Part shown: one piece after another, positions 26,196 through 38,491 of the stretch
Layout: every line of letters starts with the position of its first letter
Numbering within the stretch: the first letter of the stretch is position 1
Source: Microthyrium microscopicum
Taxonomy: Eukaryota
DNA: 64,000 nucleotides
Direction of reading: 5' to 3'
Assembly (NCBI GenBank): GCA_010405405.1
Contig: MU004239.1
Location: forward strand, 1,442,722 to 1,506,721
Program-made: the position numbers and the translations under genes
Notes under the pieces: generated by a model
What the model was told of the DNA's origin: nothing
The model's input: only the letters and a program-made list of their open reading frames with translations
The model's database searches: none

Positions 26196-27267
26196 ATCTG
26201 GGTTTTAACGAGTGTCTGGCGATGGCATGGCCACCTGCGATGGAAAATGAGCGACTAGAGGTCCTGGCTTGGATGAGATGACATGCTGGCTGTCGCGAAA
26301 AGGTCGATGAAGCACGCGCTGAAGTTGAATGGGTGTTGTACAACTCCGGAAACGTTAAGGAAGTGAAGTTGGAGAAAAAGCTTGAAGGACGAAGCAGCCG
26401 TGCCGCGAAAAGGGGATTATTTTCGCATTACCCGAAATAGGCCTAGGAAGCGCTGTAAGACAAGCCACGAGGCTATCGACACCAATCAAGCGCGTGGAAA
26501 GTGTGGAAGCACAGATGTTTCAATGGATTCTGTGCGCCGCAAAACAACGCTCCGGCCCGGTCGATCGGATTCTGGGGAGGTTGGGGTTCATTTTCTGATC
26601 TTCACAACTAGAGTACCAGATGCTCGCTTTGCTTAGTATGGACTTGAATCTGTCATTTGTCCGGTTTACCAAGTTAGAAATGTTCCATGAATCTACCTAC
26701 CAATATCAGAAAGATAATGTCCTACATCACTTCTAGTGCTCACAATCGAACAAAGCATGGGGACATCCGAGAGCGTTAATAATGCCAATCTCATTTCAGA
26801 TATTTTTCGAAAGGCTGGAGAACTGGATAGCAATATCAGACTTTCGACGTTTGAGGAGATAGAGTTGATAACAGTTTGACACGCGTATTGACAGGCTTGA
26901 CAGGTTAGACGATATACAAGAAGAGCCTGGCTTTGTTCTGGTATATCGTAGACTACAAATATCGTTGAGGTCTTGAACAGTTTCTAGCCAACGTTTGCCA
27001 CAGAATAATGAGGCAGGCACTTACAGTAGTGGAAAAGAATTTTAGCGGCCAGTGTCAGTGGTCAACGAACTAATGATGAATCTGCAGTAGTACATCAGAT
27101 ACTGCCTTGACTGCCTCGCTCTATTTCCGGCCGGTCGCGGAGAAGGAGTTATAACCGTTTTCCAGGCTGCATGACTGATTCCATTTTCCTTACATCCTAA
27201 ATGATACGATTCAACGATAACGATTTTCTTTTCATGGCATAGCAGGTAAACGAAGCATTATTACAAC

Positions 27268-29049
27268 ATGAGTGCGCCAAACAACCTTGGTTCAACCAAA
27301 GATGAGAAGCCCTCTTCTACGCTAGATGAACCGGCTGGGGACTACCGAGATTTTGGTAAAGAAGAAATCGAAATGTCAGAGCAGTTCCTCAACATACCAG
27401 AAATACACCGATACCCAAGCCCGGACACACTTTCGGAACTTTCCATGTACGGCGATAGAGTCTGGTCAGCATCTACTATGCCAAATCCTCATTATCAAGC
27501 AGATGAAAAGGACAGTGGAAGAAGACATGGAGTTACTGGATTTCTTCATTCCTTTTGGGGTCGCAATAAAGGATTGGTATTAGTTTTGATTGCTCAAATC
27601 TTTGGTGTCCTGATGAATGTCACGACAAGACTTCTGGAACTCGAGGGAAATAATGGCAAGGGCATGCACCCTTTTCAAGTATGAGCTGTAATTGCATGGC
27701 CTCTGAGAGACTTGCTGACGGTTATAGATTCTACTTGCAAGAATGTTCATCACAGTTGTATTGGCATCATTGTACATGTACTATACCAAAACACCAGACT
27801 TCCCACTTGGTGCAAAGCCAGTTCGCAAAATTCTTGTTGCTCGTGGCCTAGGCGGATTCTTTGGGTAAGATGTTCCCAGAAACCATACACCTCTTGACGA
27901 CGGCCGATGAAATGAAAACTACTGTTTCTCCATGGCACTCGATGGCTATTATAGGATGCTTTTCTAATGGCGTGCTAAGGCTCCACCAAATGCGATGGGT
28001 GCCTGGGTGCTTCATGAAATCGCCACGAAAAAACTATCTGGCCTTTTCCAGAACTGTTAGCTCTGATAGATATCTAATACTGACGAATCTCAGGGTGTTC
28101 GGAATGTATTACTCCCTGCAATACTTGCCACTCGCCGATGCGACAGTCATTACCTTTTTAGCTCCGGGAATGGCTTGTTGGTAAGAATTTGTGGTGTTGG
28201 CTCCGATCGTAATTTCATACTGACAATTCCAGGGCATGCTCTTATTTTCTGAAAGAACCGTTTACACGAACAGAACAGATTGCTGCTCTTATTTCTCTCT
28301 TTGGTGTGGTTCTTATAGCACGTCCGGCCTCACTGTTCTCCTCCAACGCAGATCAAGCGACTGAGCCCCTGGCTGCTGCTTCCATTGGAAATACGACGAT
28401 ATCTGAGCCGGAAGATAGATTTTCCTACGATAATGTGACTCCAGAACAAAGAATTATGGCCGTCATGATGGCAATGCTGGGCGTTTTCGGGGCGGCTTGT
28501 GCCCTTACAACTTTAAGATGGATCGGAAATCGCGCTCATCCACTCATCTCCGTCAACTACTTCGCTACCTGGTGTACCATTGTCAGTGCCGTTGCGATTT
28601 TGTTTTTCCCTGGTGTTGACTTTGTCTTGCCGGCCAACTTAAAGGAGTGGACCCTGTTGGGTTTTCTTGGAATTTGTGGTTTCATCATGGTCAGTTAGCC
28701 GTCAGAGACCAACGGCTTGTAAGACTGACATTACTATTCCTAGCAATACCTCCTGGCAGCAGGCTTAGCTGTAGAAAAGTCTTCCAGGGCTACCAACATG
28801 ATTTATACTCAGATGCTGTTTGCTTTGGGCTTTGATAAGCTCATCTTTGGCACAAATCCTGCTCTTCTATCGATGGTAGGCTCCAGTTTGATATTGTCTT
28901 CGGCGATATACGTTGCCATACAAAAAGCGAACAATCAAGTGCCTCCTACGTCCAAGGACCCTCGGTCAGTAGATGCTAGTGAGGAATTGGGTTTAGTCCA
29001 ACATGTAGACTCTGAGGATTTAGATGCAAGTTCAAGTAGATCACCATAG
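27268..29049 (+). CDS. EamA/DMT-superfamily drug/metabolite transporter
   Basis: Multiple TM segments; ARGLGGFF, YSLQYLPLADATVITFLAP, LKEPFT, MIYTQMLFAL; four introns including 27865-28093. Confidence 0.88.
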
Positions 29050-29666
29050 GAATGATTATCTGATGAGCATGCCAATTGCGTGGTACTGAAGTAAGTGTCT
29101 ATGCTGAAAAATATATAAGCACCTACTGGGGGCTCTGATTGCTGCTCCGCTTCCTAACTCCCTGTTATAACAATATCGAATCTAGACAAGTCTCATACTC
29201 TCCAGGGACAAAATGAGTGAGCCGTCTCGGTAGGAGTAGTCGTTGGAATGGCTCACTTATTGACTCCCCAAGGAGCCATGCCACTAGGATCAACGCAATG
29301 CTTACGGGACACTTAATCTCATTATGCGCCCAGACAACAAAATCGATTATAGTGCTAATACTGCGTAGTCTCAGAAATGTACGCTTGCTTTATCTGACTT
29401 CCCACCACAAAGACATTTGGGGTTTCTTTGTTGGATGACCTTGATATTCTACAATGGCATTGAGTTTTGATAATGGCATCGATTTCTACAAAGCCTTTGT
29501 GTTTCCTTGTTCATTGCTCTGGTAGAGTACACTTATACTCCACAGCATGATGAACATTAAACATTGCTCAGCTTGCCATCGACCTAGGCTCTATACCCAG
29601 TGCATTTCTCCTTCCTCAGAGAAAGCTTTCGAAAACATCACAGTAATAAGTGCTTCAAATATCTCC

Positions 29667-30320
29667 ATGGAAGCCCAAGTTACCGCAGTGGCAAACAAAA
29701 TTGAATACTGGAACGTCAATATCCCAGTAGAGGAGCATACTGTGGATTGCCCTGACTTCCTGCTTGATTGCCCTCCTCATGAAGTCACAGTCTTATCCAC
29801 TCCAGAAGACGAGTTCGTCTTCACAACTTGGAACGATGTGACAGACGCACTGGAAGGTAAGCGTGCACTGTTCTTTGGTCGTCGACCCACGGTTCTACGT
29901 CGCTATTGCAAATATATGTACGACAAATGGGAGCAATATGGTTCCTATACCGCCCCATTGATGGCGCAACTGGGTTGGGAATCCTTGAAACCCATTTCCA
30001 AACATCCATTCCTATGTCCTTCTGACTATAAGATTGCGGTCAACGACTTTCCCTACGGCTTTGGTCCCGAGTTCTGCCACTTGACTGTGTGGAGTAAGTC
30101 TCCCTTGCCAAATGATGAATCTGGCTTCATGAAGTATTCTACTGAAGATTTGGTAGACGAGTTTGTGAAGCGGACATTTGCGAAACATCGAGGACGAAGG
30201 ATTTGGTGGGCTAATCCACAGCAGAGAAGAAGTGTTGAAGCCATTGATCATTTCCATGTCTTGCTTGATAATCCTGCCCCTGGATATGTAGCAGCATTGA
30301 CACGGTGCAGTGAAGCTTAG
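29667..30320 (+). CDS. DUF3605 family protein (Gig1-like)
   Basis: NDFPYG..HLTVWSK and WWANPQQRRSVEAIDHFHVLL; the upstream ATG at 29547 is also possible. Confidence 0.75.
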   Translation: MEAQVTAVANKIEYWNVNIPVEEHTVDCPDFLLDCPPHEVTVLSTPEDEFVFTTWNDVTDALEGKRALFFGRRPTVLRRYCKYMYDKWEQYGSYTAPLMAQLGWESLKPISKHPFLCPSDYKIAVNDFPYGFGPEFCHLTVWSKSPLPNDESGFMKYSTEDLVDEFVKRTFAKHRGRRIWWANPQQRRSVEAIDHFHVLLDNPAPGYVAALTRCSEA

Positions 30321-30529
30321 TTGACAATGTCGGGTAGCTAGTATCTGAGCTGTTGGAGGAGTGTATTTGTTAGTGCAAGAAATAATATAAATTATCATCT
30401 ATTTTTTCAAGATTTGCCTAATTCAGGTGAGATGAGCGTAAGATATAATGAAGTCGTAAGACACTGAATTGCCTTGTCGATTCTTTGCGTAAAGTATTTG
30501 CAAAGCTCTCATCTGTTCGATCCTTCCCT

Positions 30530-31045
30530 TTAGTTTCTGAGAGTCTTGATGTATTCCACAGATCCAACCCATTCTCCTTTACATTCGAAAGCATTCTCTT
30601 GTAGCTTCACTTGCTCAAAATTGAGTCTCTCAGCCAGTTTTCTTGATCCTATATTCCGTGGATCACACTCGATTCCAAGCGTGTGTAATGTTGGTATTAA
30701 TCCTAGCAGCCCTTCCACCGCTTCAACTGCGTAGCCTTTGCCCTGAGCACTGGGCAGGAAAGAGAACCATAGATCTCCGTGCTCAGAGTCGTGATCGACT
30801 TTCATCCCAACTCGACCGAGGAATTCTTTACTGTCCTTGCGCTCAACGATGAGGTCAAAAATGGTCCGTGGTTGTTCGGTTTGCGAACCGATAACAGAGA
30901 AGACATAATTGGCTGCTTCGATCTCGGTTTTTGGCTCCCAAGTTTGATACCTGACTACTGCAGGAATGGATTCGAGAGAATAGAATAAGGTTACATCAGT
31001 AGGAAGAAATTCCCTCAAATGAAGGCGCGACGTAAATGTTTCCAT
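30530..31045 (-). CDS. GNAT acetyltransferase, RimJ/RimL type, intronless
   Basis: TSRLHLREF, acetyl-CoA motif AQGKGYAVEA, CDPRNIGSRKLAERLNF. Confidence 0.85.
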   Translation of the reverse strand: METFTSRLHLREFLPTDVTLFYSLESIPAVVRYQTWEPKTEIEAANYVFSVIGSQTEQPRTIFDLIVERKDSKEFLGRVGMKVDHDSEHGDLWFSFLPSAQGKGYAVEAVEGLLGLIPTLHTLGIECDPRNIGSRKLAERLNFEQVKLQENAFECKGEWVGSVEYIKTLRN

Positions 31046-31279
31046 TGCATCGGCCTTGAAGGTTTGGATGAATTGAGAAGAACTGATAATGGGATGTAAA
31101 TTCTGCTTGTTGAAATATATAATTGGAGGCTTGCCTCCAATCATTTGTCATTTTGGTCCTGTCTAATGTTGCTGGGGGTCGAGAACAGAAGATAGCTAGG
31201 GAGCAAAATCCGACGGGCATATTGGGCGCAGTTTTGAGGACACATCATGTAACCGTGAAAGCTTGGCAAGTCAATTAGC

Positions 31280-31490
31280 TTAGCCCCTCCGGCCTAAGGA
31301 GGCCCGTCCGGCAGGACCCCAAAGCGAAGCGAAGGGCTAAAGAAGACGAAATAAAATCTGTTTAAATTCTTGGCCTCTCCGGCCTAAGGAGGCCCGTCCG
31401 GCAGGACATTTAAAACCATAAAATACGATTAAATAGCGGCCGCCAGCCAATCAAGTTATGAAGAGGCAGGCCTCTTCCCTCGGGGGCACC
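31280..31490. repeat. Cluster of GC-rich double-hairpin elements in AT-rich spacers (possible mitochondrial-type insert)
   Basis: Identical 31-mer CTCCGGCCTAAGGAGGCCCGTCCGGCAGGAC at 31287-31317 and 31377-31407; GAAGAGGC-AG-GCCTCTTC hairpin at 31460-31477. Confidence 0.7.
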
Positions 31491-31713
31491 ACGGACTACG
31501 TACTGTATCTGACCTTGATGTTGCTAAGAGGGAAGTCTTCCAGGAGGTATGTCAAACAGTATTGGGGAGCTCTTACCTTGCGGTGTCTAAAAATAGACAC
31601 CACCTACAACAAAATTCGAAGCAAAGTTCTGTACTCATTGACGACACAAATATGTAAGAAAAATTGAATATGATGGATGTTAAAATGAAGCTGAGATTGT
31701 GATTAGTTCAAGC

Positions 31714-32755
31714 TTAACCTTTCCATACCGCGGGACCTGGCAGTGAGTATAATTTCCTGTCCGCTATGTCAATTAACTGCGCTGTCACTTTGATCATTCC
31801 ACTACTCACCCTCCATTTGCATGCATGTTATATGTCATACTGGGATCGGTTTTGTGATAGGCGCCTGGAAATGCTACTAGAGGACCTGGAGTGCCCGACC
31901 CGGCGCCAGAGACTTTGACTTGTCCACAGGCAATGTAGAGCTATATCGTCAGTCAAACTAAGTTTAGGAAGTATATCGTGAGATTATGTACCTGTGGTGT
32001 ACCTGGCTGGTGCATTGCGATGTGCTCTATACGCACTAAATATTCTCCTGCCGGCGTGGCATTCGGAATTTTCGCACCTAGAATTCGTCAATAAAAGATT
32101 ACGATCAGAGGCTCGAATCTAACACCCCCGAAGAGACCAAATGGTGTCTTCGTGATGAAATCACAGAACACCCATTGTACTCGATGGGGGCCATCAAATG
32201 CGATTGGAAATATGTTTGTTTTGGTTCCGTTAGATGTCATCACAATGTGATTTGCCACGGCCCACTGGGAGTGCTTACCGCCTTCCAATTTACTAAATTG
32301 CATAGATCCCCCATTTCCAGAAACTGTGCTCTGTGCAATTTTGAACCACACATCTCCCTTGGGCTCCCACTTGTCAGCACTCTGACCGGCGGGAACCTTG
32401 GCCATGTAGAAAAGTAGAGGACCTGGATGAAAGATTCCAGCATTGGATTTGAAGTTTACGGTTGCTCCAGCTGACAGTGGGAAGACTCCAGCTGGCTTTC
32501 GAGATCTATCTTCATAGCAAGCCATAGCAGGACTGGAAAGATCTAGAACAGGGCCATTCGAGTAGTGATTAGTTGTCATTCTCACGAATTGCCATTCTCC
32601 TGTAGTGTTGCTATTGACAATGAGGTTTGGGAAGGTATCTGTAATAATCTATTAGCATGTATGCTTCCAAAAACTACCGGTTCTGGTACGAGACTCCTAC
32701 AGTGACATGAAGCTTGCAAGGGCAGTAATGCCACAAAAGCTGTAGTTAGCTTCAT
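31714..32755 (-). CDS. AA9 (GH61) lytic polysaccharide monooxygenase
   Basis: Signal peptide followed by N-terminal His (HY|TFP), HPGP, WFKI, GEYLVRIEHIAMH, PQ|LYIAC, PGPAVW. Confidence 0.92.
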
Positions 32756-33777
32756 CGTTACGCAGTGTTCCTAGGTCCTGTTTTGCTTAAGAGATGAAGT
32801 TGAGAAAGTCCTATACGAGCCGCTTGTGCGCTCAGGGGAGGCTTCTTTATGTACTTTGGCCGCCCTGCTGACGTGAATCTACTTGGCTAAGATGAGGTTT
32901 TAATCTATTTCCTGCTTGATGTGTTGGTTTTGCCAGGAGCTCTACCATCAGTCAAGACTATGAAACAGAGCCTTCAAGAACAGCAGTATTGTCATCGCGA
33001 TCACCAAAGAGAAGTGCAAGCCAGCTTTTATCATTACTTATCCAAGACTATTAACATGTGCATTACAGTGCTCTAGGTTGAAGCATTTCTTCTAAATATT
33101 TTGGAAAGAGATTCTTCCAGGATAATTTCTCCGAAAACCTGGGAAGAAACGATTAGGTCGCGAGACCCCCTGCAGGATCAATATATTATTGAACGATAAA
33201 CTCAGGCCATCTCTAGATTCCAAAACATGGGGTAAACCAATGAGGAAGTTCAGTATATCATAAGGGTTGTACACATTGACGTTGGAGTTTAAACCTGGCT
33301 GCTGGGTCAGAGTGTCAAACACAGCTCTTCAACATTTAAAGCATGGATTTCGCCCAAACGTAAGTACAAACGAAATGCCGCAAAAATCTGAATCTGACTG
33401 ACAGGAAGTAAGTGATCACACTGACACCATGATGCGTTACAACATTGGGGATGAAATCAAGAAAAGCTGGCAACATTGCGGAACCCTTCCGCAACCACAA
33501 ATATCATCGCTTGTGCCACCTCAGTGACATAGGGATAAATACGTCACTTGCTACTTCTCACGTTCGATGTAGACATGCGGGGAAGATCAATTCAACACGA
33601 TGTCGGATGAGCGGCTGAAGTGGGTCTTCCAAGCTTTATTCCACGCGTTCGACCGATCTCTTCATATAAGATGTGGACTATAGCATAGCGTGTGTTAAAA
33701 ACAAACTGTAAAGTACTTTGACCTGGTTATTGAGAAGATCATTTACAAAAGCTTCTTTCTTGTCAAATCGTTCGAAG

Positions 33778-35402
33778 ATGCGCGCAGCACGATACTATGG
33801 AAAGGAAGACATCCGTAAGTTTGTAATAGTTCACTATTTACTAACGTAGAGAAGCTAAAGAAGAGAAGGAATCGAGGAAATCCCAGAGCCCAAACTTGGT
33901 CCAGGTCAAATAAAGGTACCACAATGAACTCGAGGATTGTTGTCAAAGCTAATAGCTGTAGATTGCTCCAGCTTTTGTAGGCATATGTGGAACCGGTAAG
34001 ACCGTCCTGCTAAAGGGTTCCCTATGAATCAGTCTTGAGATGATGAACTTTAGACCTTCATGAGTACCTTGGAGGTCCCAACTTCTGCCCAGTAAGATCC
34101 AAACTCCCATTCAGCTCAAGACTTTCTGATCCATGATGGTAGACAAAACCACATCCAGTGACCAAGGAACAAATCCCAGTGACTCTTGGTCACGAATTCT
34201 CTGGAACCGTCAAAGAGGTCAAGGAGCCGTCTCCTTTCAAGATTGGAGATAAAGTTGTGGTTCAACCAAGCATATTCTGCAGCGAGGTAAGCCAAAAATC
34301 CACAACTCGTCTGCGATGTCATATTTGTGATTTCTATGTCGATAAGTCACGCATTGCCTACCTACTGACGATGCAAATGGTGAGATATTCGAGTTAAAGG
34401 TGTCTCAGCATATAAGTTCTTGCCTCATAAAGCGTCGATTGTGTATGCTTCTCCTACTTCGTTCTTGGTGTTGACTCTCGATTATAGTGTACTGCATGTC
34501 GAGGAGGTGCCGAGAACGTTTGTCACAAAAGCGGCTTTATCGGGCTGAGCGGTAGGCCGCCTTCCCATGAACGTCTTGCGGAAAGACTCTCATCAATCTT
34601 ACAGGCGGCGGCGGAGGCTTGAGCGATTCAGTATGCGTCCCGGCAGATGCTGTGCTAAAACTCCCGGACAACGTACCACTTGACGTCGGAGCTTTAGTCG
34701 AGCCTCTGTCAGTGGCATGGCATGCTGTCTCTGCTTCAAAAGCGAAATCAGAGCACACTGCTCTGGTTCTTGGTGGCGGGCCAATTGGGCTAGCCGTTGT
34801 TCAATGCCTTGTTGCAAAAGGGGTCAAAAAAATCATTGTCTCTGAAATTGCCAAAAGACGACAAGAGTTTGCCAAAGAGTTTGGAGCTCATCGGGTTCTG
34901 AACCCAAGAACAGACGACGTGGTAAAGATTGTCAAGGCGGCTACTGGCGGAGCAGGTGCTGATATTGTCTTCGATTGTGCTGGTCTGAAAGCTAGGTCAG
35001 CCTTCAAGTCAATTGGAGCTGTTATATTATGACTAACCTCTCTTAGTCTCGACGTAGCTTGTACTGCTGTAAAAGTCAGAGGTTCCGTTGTCAATGTAGC
35101 GATCTGGGAGAAAGAAATCATGTTTCAACCCAACATGCTTGTTTTCTCAGAGGCAACCTACACGGCCGTATTGGGTTATCAAAGACCTGATTGGGTTGCT
35201 GTACTTGATAGTTTGAAACGAGGTAAGTGCATCAGATTTGCAAGAAATTGTTTGTTACTCACTGACAGCATCAGGCATAATGAAACCAGCCAACATGATC
35301 ACAAGAAAAATCAAGCTTGAGGATCTGGTAGAAAAAGGAATCTTAGCATTAACAACAGATAAGGACAACCAGGTAAAAATCTTGGTTGATATTCAAGGCT
35401 GA
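33778..35402 (+). CDS. Zinc-dependent medium-chain dehydrogenase (2,3-butanediol/sorbitol dehydrogenase-like), about 8 introns
   Basis: GICGT|DLHEY, GHEFSG, ALVEPLSVAWHAV, GGGPIG, VKILVD. Confidence 0.9.
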
Positions 35403-35980
35403 GAGCCCGTGAGGCATTGAAGATACGAATAGTACTGGGTCTTGGACAAAAAAGCCAATAAAGGTCTTATGGAAAGTACATACGTTGTATCAGGAAATGC
35501 TGTAGATTTTCTCGTCTTTAGAGAACGTAATATGAGGACAGTGCCAATCTGCTTCATTTCTTGGATGGCGATAGCAGCTATCATATCAAGTGAAAGGAGT
35601 CAATCAGTTTTTAAACGACCAGACTATCTTCCATATAAACCCAGAGAGGTGCAATGGTCTGAACAAGCGATACTTAAATAATTCCTAGAAAACATTGGCT
35701 GCTAAGACCAGCCCCTGCTCACTTCCATCATTTCATTCATTGTATAGTGAAATTTCAGTACTCCCGAGTTCGATATTGAAATTCATTTAAAAAACACACC
35801 TCATTGGACACATTCACATCTTACAACATTGCGCTTTATAGAATCACAGCAGCTAGCTATAACCGAACGGCTATCCCGTTGAAGTACTAAACTCTTAAAT
35901 GGCTTTAAGCATAGGGAATCCAGGCAAGCTCACGTTTGATGCGGGTGGAGAAACAAAAAATTCACTAAAACACAGCAAAA

Positions 35981-37031
35981 ATGGCACCCTCACCGCGCCA
36001 GCTGGTGTTACTTTCTTGTCTCGCAGCCATCTCCATGGCGGCCTGCCCGAGGCCGATTCTCCAGACCGCGTTGGACAATTTCATTCAAGTGGCAGAAAAG
36101 CCATCTGGAGCGTCACTAAAGCTGGCAGCTGGGGCAAAAATGACACAAAACAACAGCCCGATTACATCTTTTGATCAGTCGAAAATTGCCAAGTCATCGG
36201 GATTTGGCAAAGCCTTCAAAATCGATGTTCTAGATGAGGAAGCTTGCACCGTAGCAGTGATGCGAACTCCAAAGATAGATGGACAACTCGAATTGTTCAG
36301 TGCGCGTATTAAGGTTGCTCCAACGGGAGAAATCCAGGAGCTCGAATTATACAATGCCGGGAAGGGCTCTCATATGCTGTTCAAACCCGAAGGTCTACCA
36401 AACGAAGCGCCTGCATTATGGTCGTCCGACGCCCCTGCTACACATGAAAGCCTGGTGAAGATCATTGATTCTTACCCGGAAGGAATGGAAAAAGGAAATG
36501 GTAGCATCACGAAAGCATCTCCCACATGCAACCGCTTCGAGAACGGACAGGAAATGGGAGTCGGAGTTTGTAACAAGTTTCCGTTCGAATACCCTGTTGT
36601 GTACCGACGATACTATGCCGATACAAAGACTGGAGTCGGTCTTGGAGCCTTTTTGTTCAGCACGCTGAATGGTTCTAAAAGGAAAGCGATGGGATTCAAG
36701 GCACTTTGGCTTCAGTAAGCTTACCCCGTGCCAAATCGCATTTATTGAGAGGATTCAATTGAACCAAACAACAAATCTCTTACTGTTTTCGGTGGAAGCC
36801 ATAGCAATGGATCAGGAACGCATTGCATGGCAGCCATCGAGGGCGATGAGAGATGCACCATTTCACCGCGAAAAGGCGAAACGGTCTTTTCAGGGGTGCT
36901 AAGTCCAATCGTAATTCACACTGACAAGTTCTAGTGAGTACTTCAAAGTAGAGAAGGGACAGATTGCAATGATCGCCGCGGTGATGAACAACGTCGAAGA
37001 TAACTTCAAAGATGTATGGAGCCCTGCCTAA
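35981..37031 (+). CDS. Secreted protein of unknown function
   Basis: Signal peptide, then ACPRPILQ; intron 36715-36934 gives WLH|EYFKVEKGQIAMIAAVM..DVWSPA*. Confidence 0.75.
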
Positions 37032-37735
37032 GTCCGCGGAAAGGACCCGAGGTATGATCAATATGGGTGGGTAGTATAGGTACGATGAACAGAGCCATGA
37101 CTCGGAATCGGAAAATTTTGGACTTAGACGAAAGTGCAACCACATGTTATGTTGCCGGGTAGGCCGCAATGCGCTTCCGTACATGTTTCATGCCCCGACA
37201 AGAACGAAGATATCAGCTTTATCGTTCTCTAAAATGACCACCACCTTTCTTTTCTCAAAAGTCCAATTTTGAGAGTCCCGTTGCATGTGAAGTACTGGTG
37301 GAATAGTCCTTGGCACCCTCAGAATCACTGGAGAACCATAGCCGACCAATTAGGAATATGTGTAAGCATACGACAAGAATACATGCGGCCGAATTGTTAC
37401 ATCAAAAATTGACTTAAACAGGGCGAGTATAAACAATCTGGGAATGGGCGTCTCACGATCACGTTCACCACCCATATGCCGCTGTGAAACAATCTAAAAG
37501 TCAACAAAACGGGCCAATCAAAGTTCATGTTCAAATCCGACGTGCCAATTATGTTTGAATACACTGTGACAGTTCTTGATCGATAAACAATGACAAGCGA
37601 AAAGAAAAGAACCGTGATAGCACCGAGGTACATGTGGTTATCGTGATCAGATACCTAGAGTATTAGACATAAATATCATCGATTGAACACACGACGCTGA
37701 GCTACGCGACTATTCATCCCCTTCAGTCATACAAA

Positions 37736-38028
37736 ATGCAATTCAAGACCTCTCTCTTCAGCCTTCTGGCTCTCGTGAGCTTCACTTCTATCAGCTTTGC
37801 CTCTCCCGTGGCAAATCCATCGCCGCAAGTTGGAGGAACATGCTTTGACGACGGTGACTGCATTCTCGTGAGTCCAAAGGTTTATCTGGCATCGATCGAT
37901 ACTGTGCTAACTCTCAGATAGAGCGGTAATGCTTGCAAAAAGGCTGCTGATAGTATTCTTGGGTGAGTAGCTAGAAGTGACCTATATACTTCTGAGCGAC
38001 CACTAACCAAGTCAGCTCATGCGGTTGA
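37736..38028 (+). CDS. Small secreted 4-Cys peptide (61 aa, 3 exons)
   Basis: Introns 37868-37921 and 37963-38015 (GTGAGT..CTAAC..AG); product MQFKTSLFSLLALVSFTSISFASPVANPSPQVGGTCFDDGDCILSGNACKKAADSILGSCG. Confidence 0.78.
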
Positions 38029-38491
38029 GCATATAGCAAGTTTCTTTTCATCTGTTGGAAACCTGGGGGAGGATCATTCAGATTGAGGTCGAGACTGTAC
38101 ATACAATGAATTCGTGACTTACTGAAAAGTTTCGTTCGCTGTGCTTTTGCCGTTGTTAGTCCCGCTAGTCATCTCATATATTTGACAGCCACAAGGAAGC
38201 TAAAGACCGTAAGTTAGTGTTACTTTGTGAAACGGATTATATACCATCGTCAGAGCAATCAGACTGGGAAGTATGAACAGGAGTCGTATTTGTACAAGGG
38301 TATCAAAAGGCTGGATATGGAAAATTCCCATCATGGAACCACGGAAAACACACTCAACATCACCCTTATCAACCTTTTCCTGATAACTCGCGATCTCTAT
38401 GTATGTATGTAATCAATAAATCCACTCCGCCCGATGAATAGCATTAGGCTGTTTCCGCCGTAAGCATCAAGAACAATTAAAGCTACCCCAA

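Noticed and set aside
34287..34487. Long intron in the dehydrogenase gene as another fold-back copy
   Set aside because: Only short stems and no convincing dyad; membership cannot be supported by eye.
20000..38100. Secondary-metabolite gene cluster
   Set aside because: No PKS, NRPS, terpene synthase or other backbone enzyme; the genes appear functionally unrelated.
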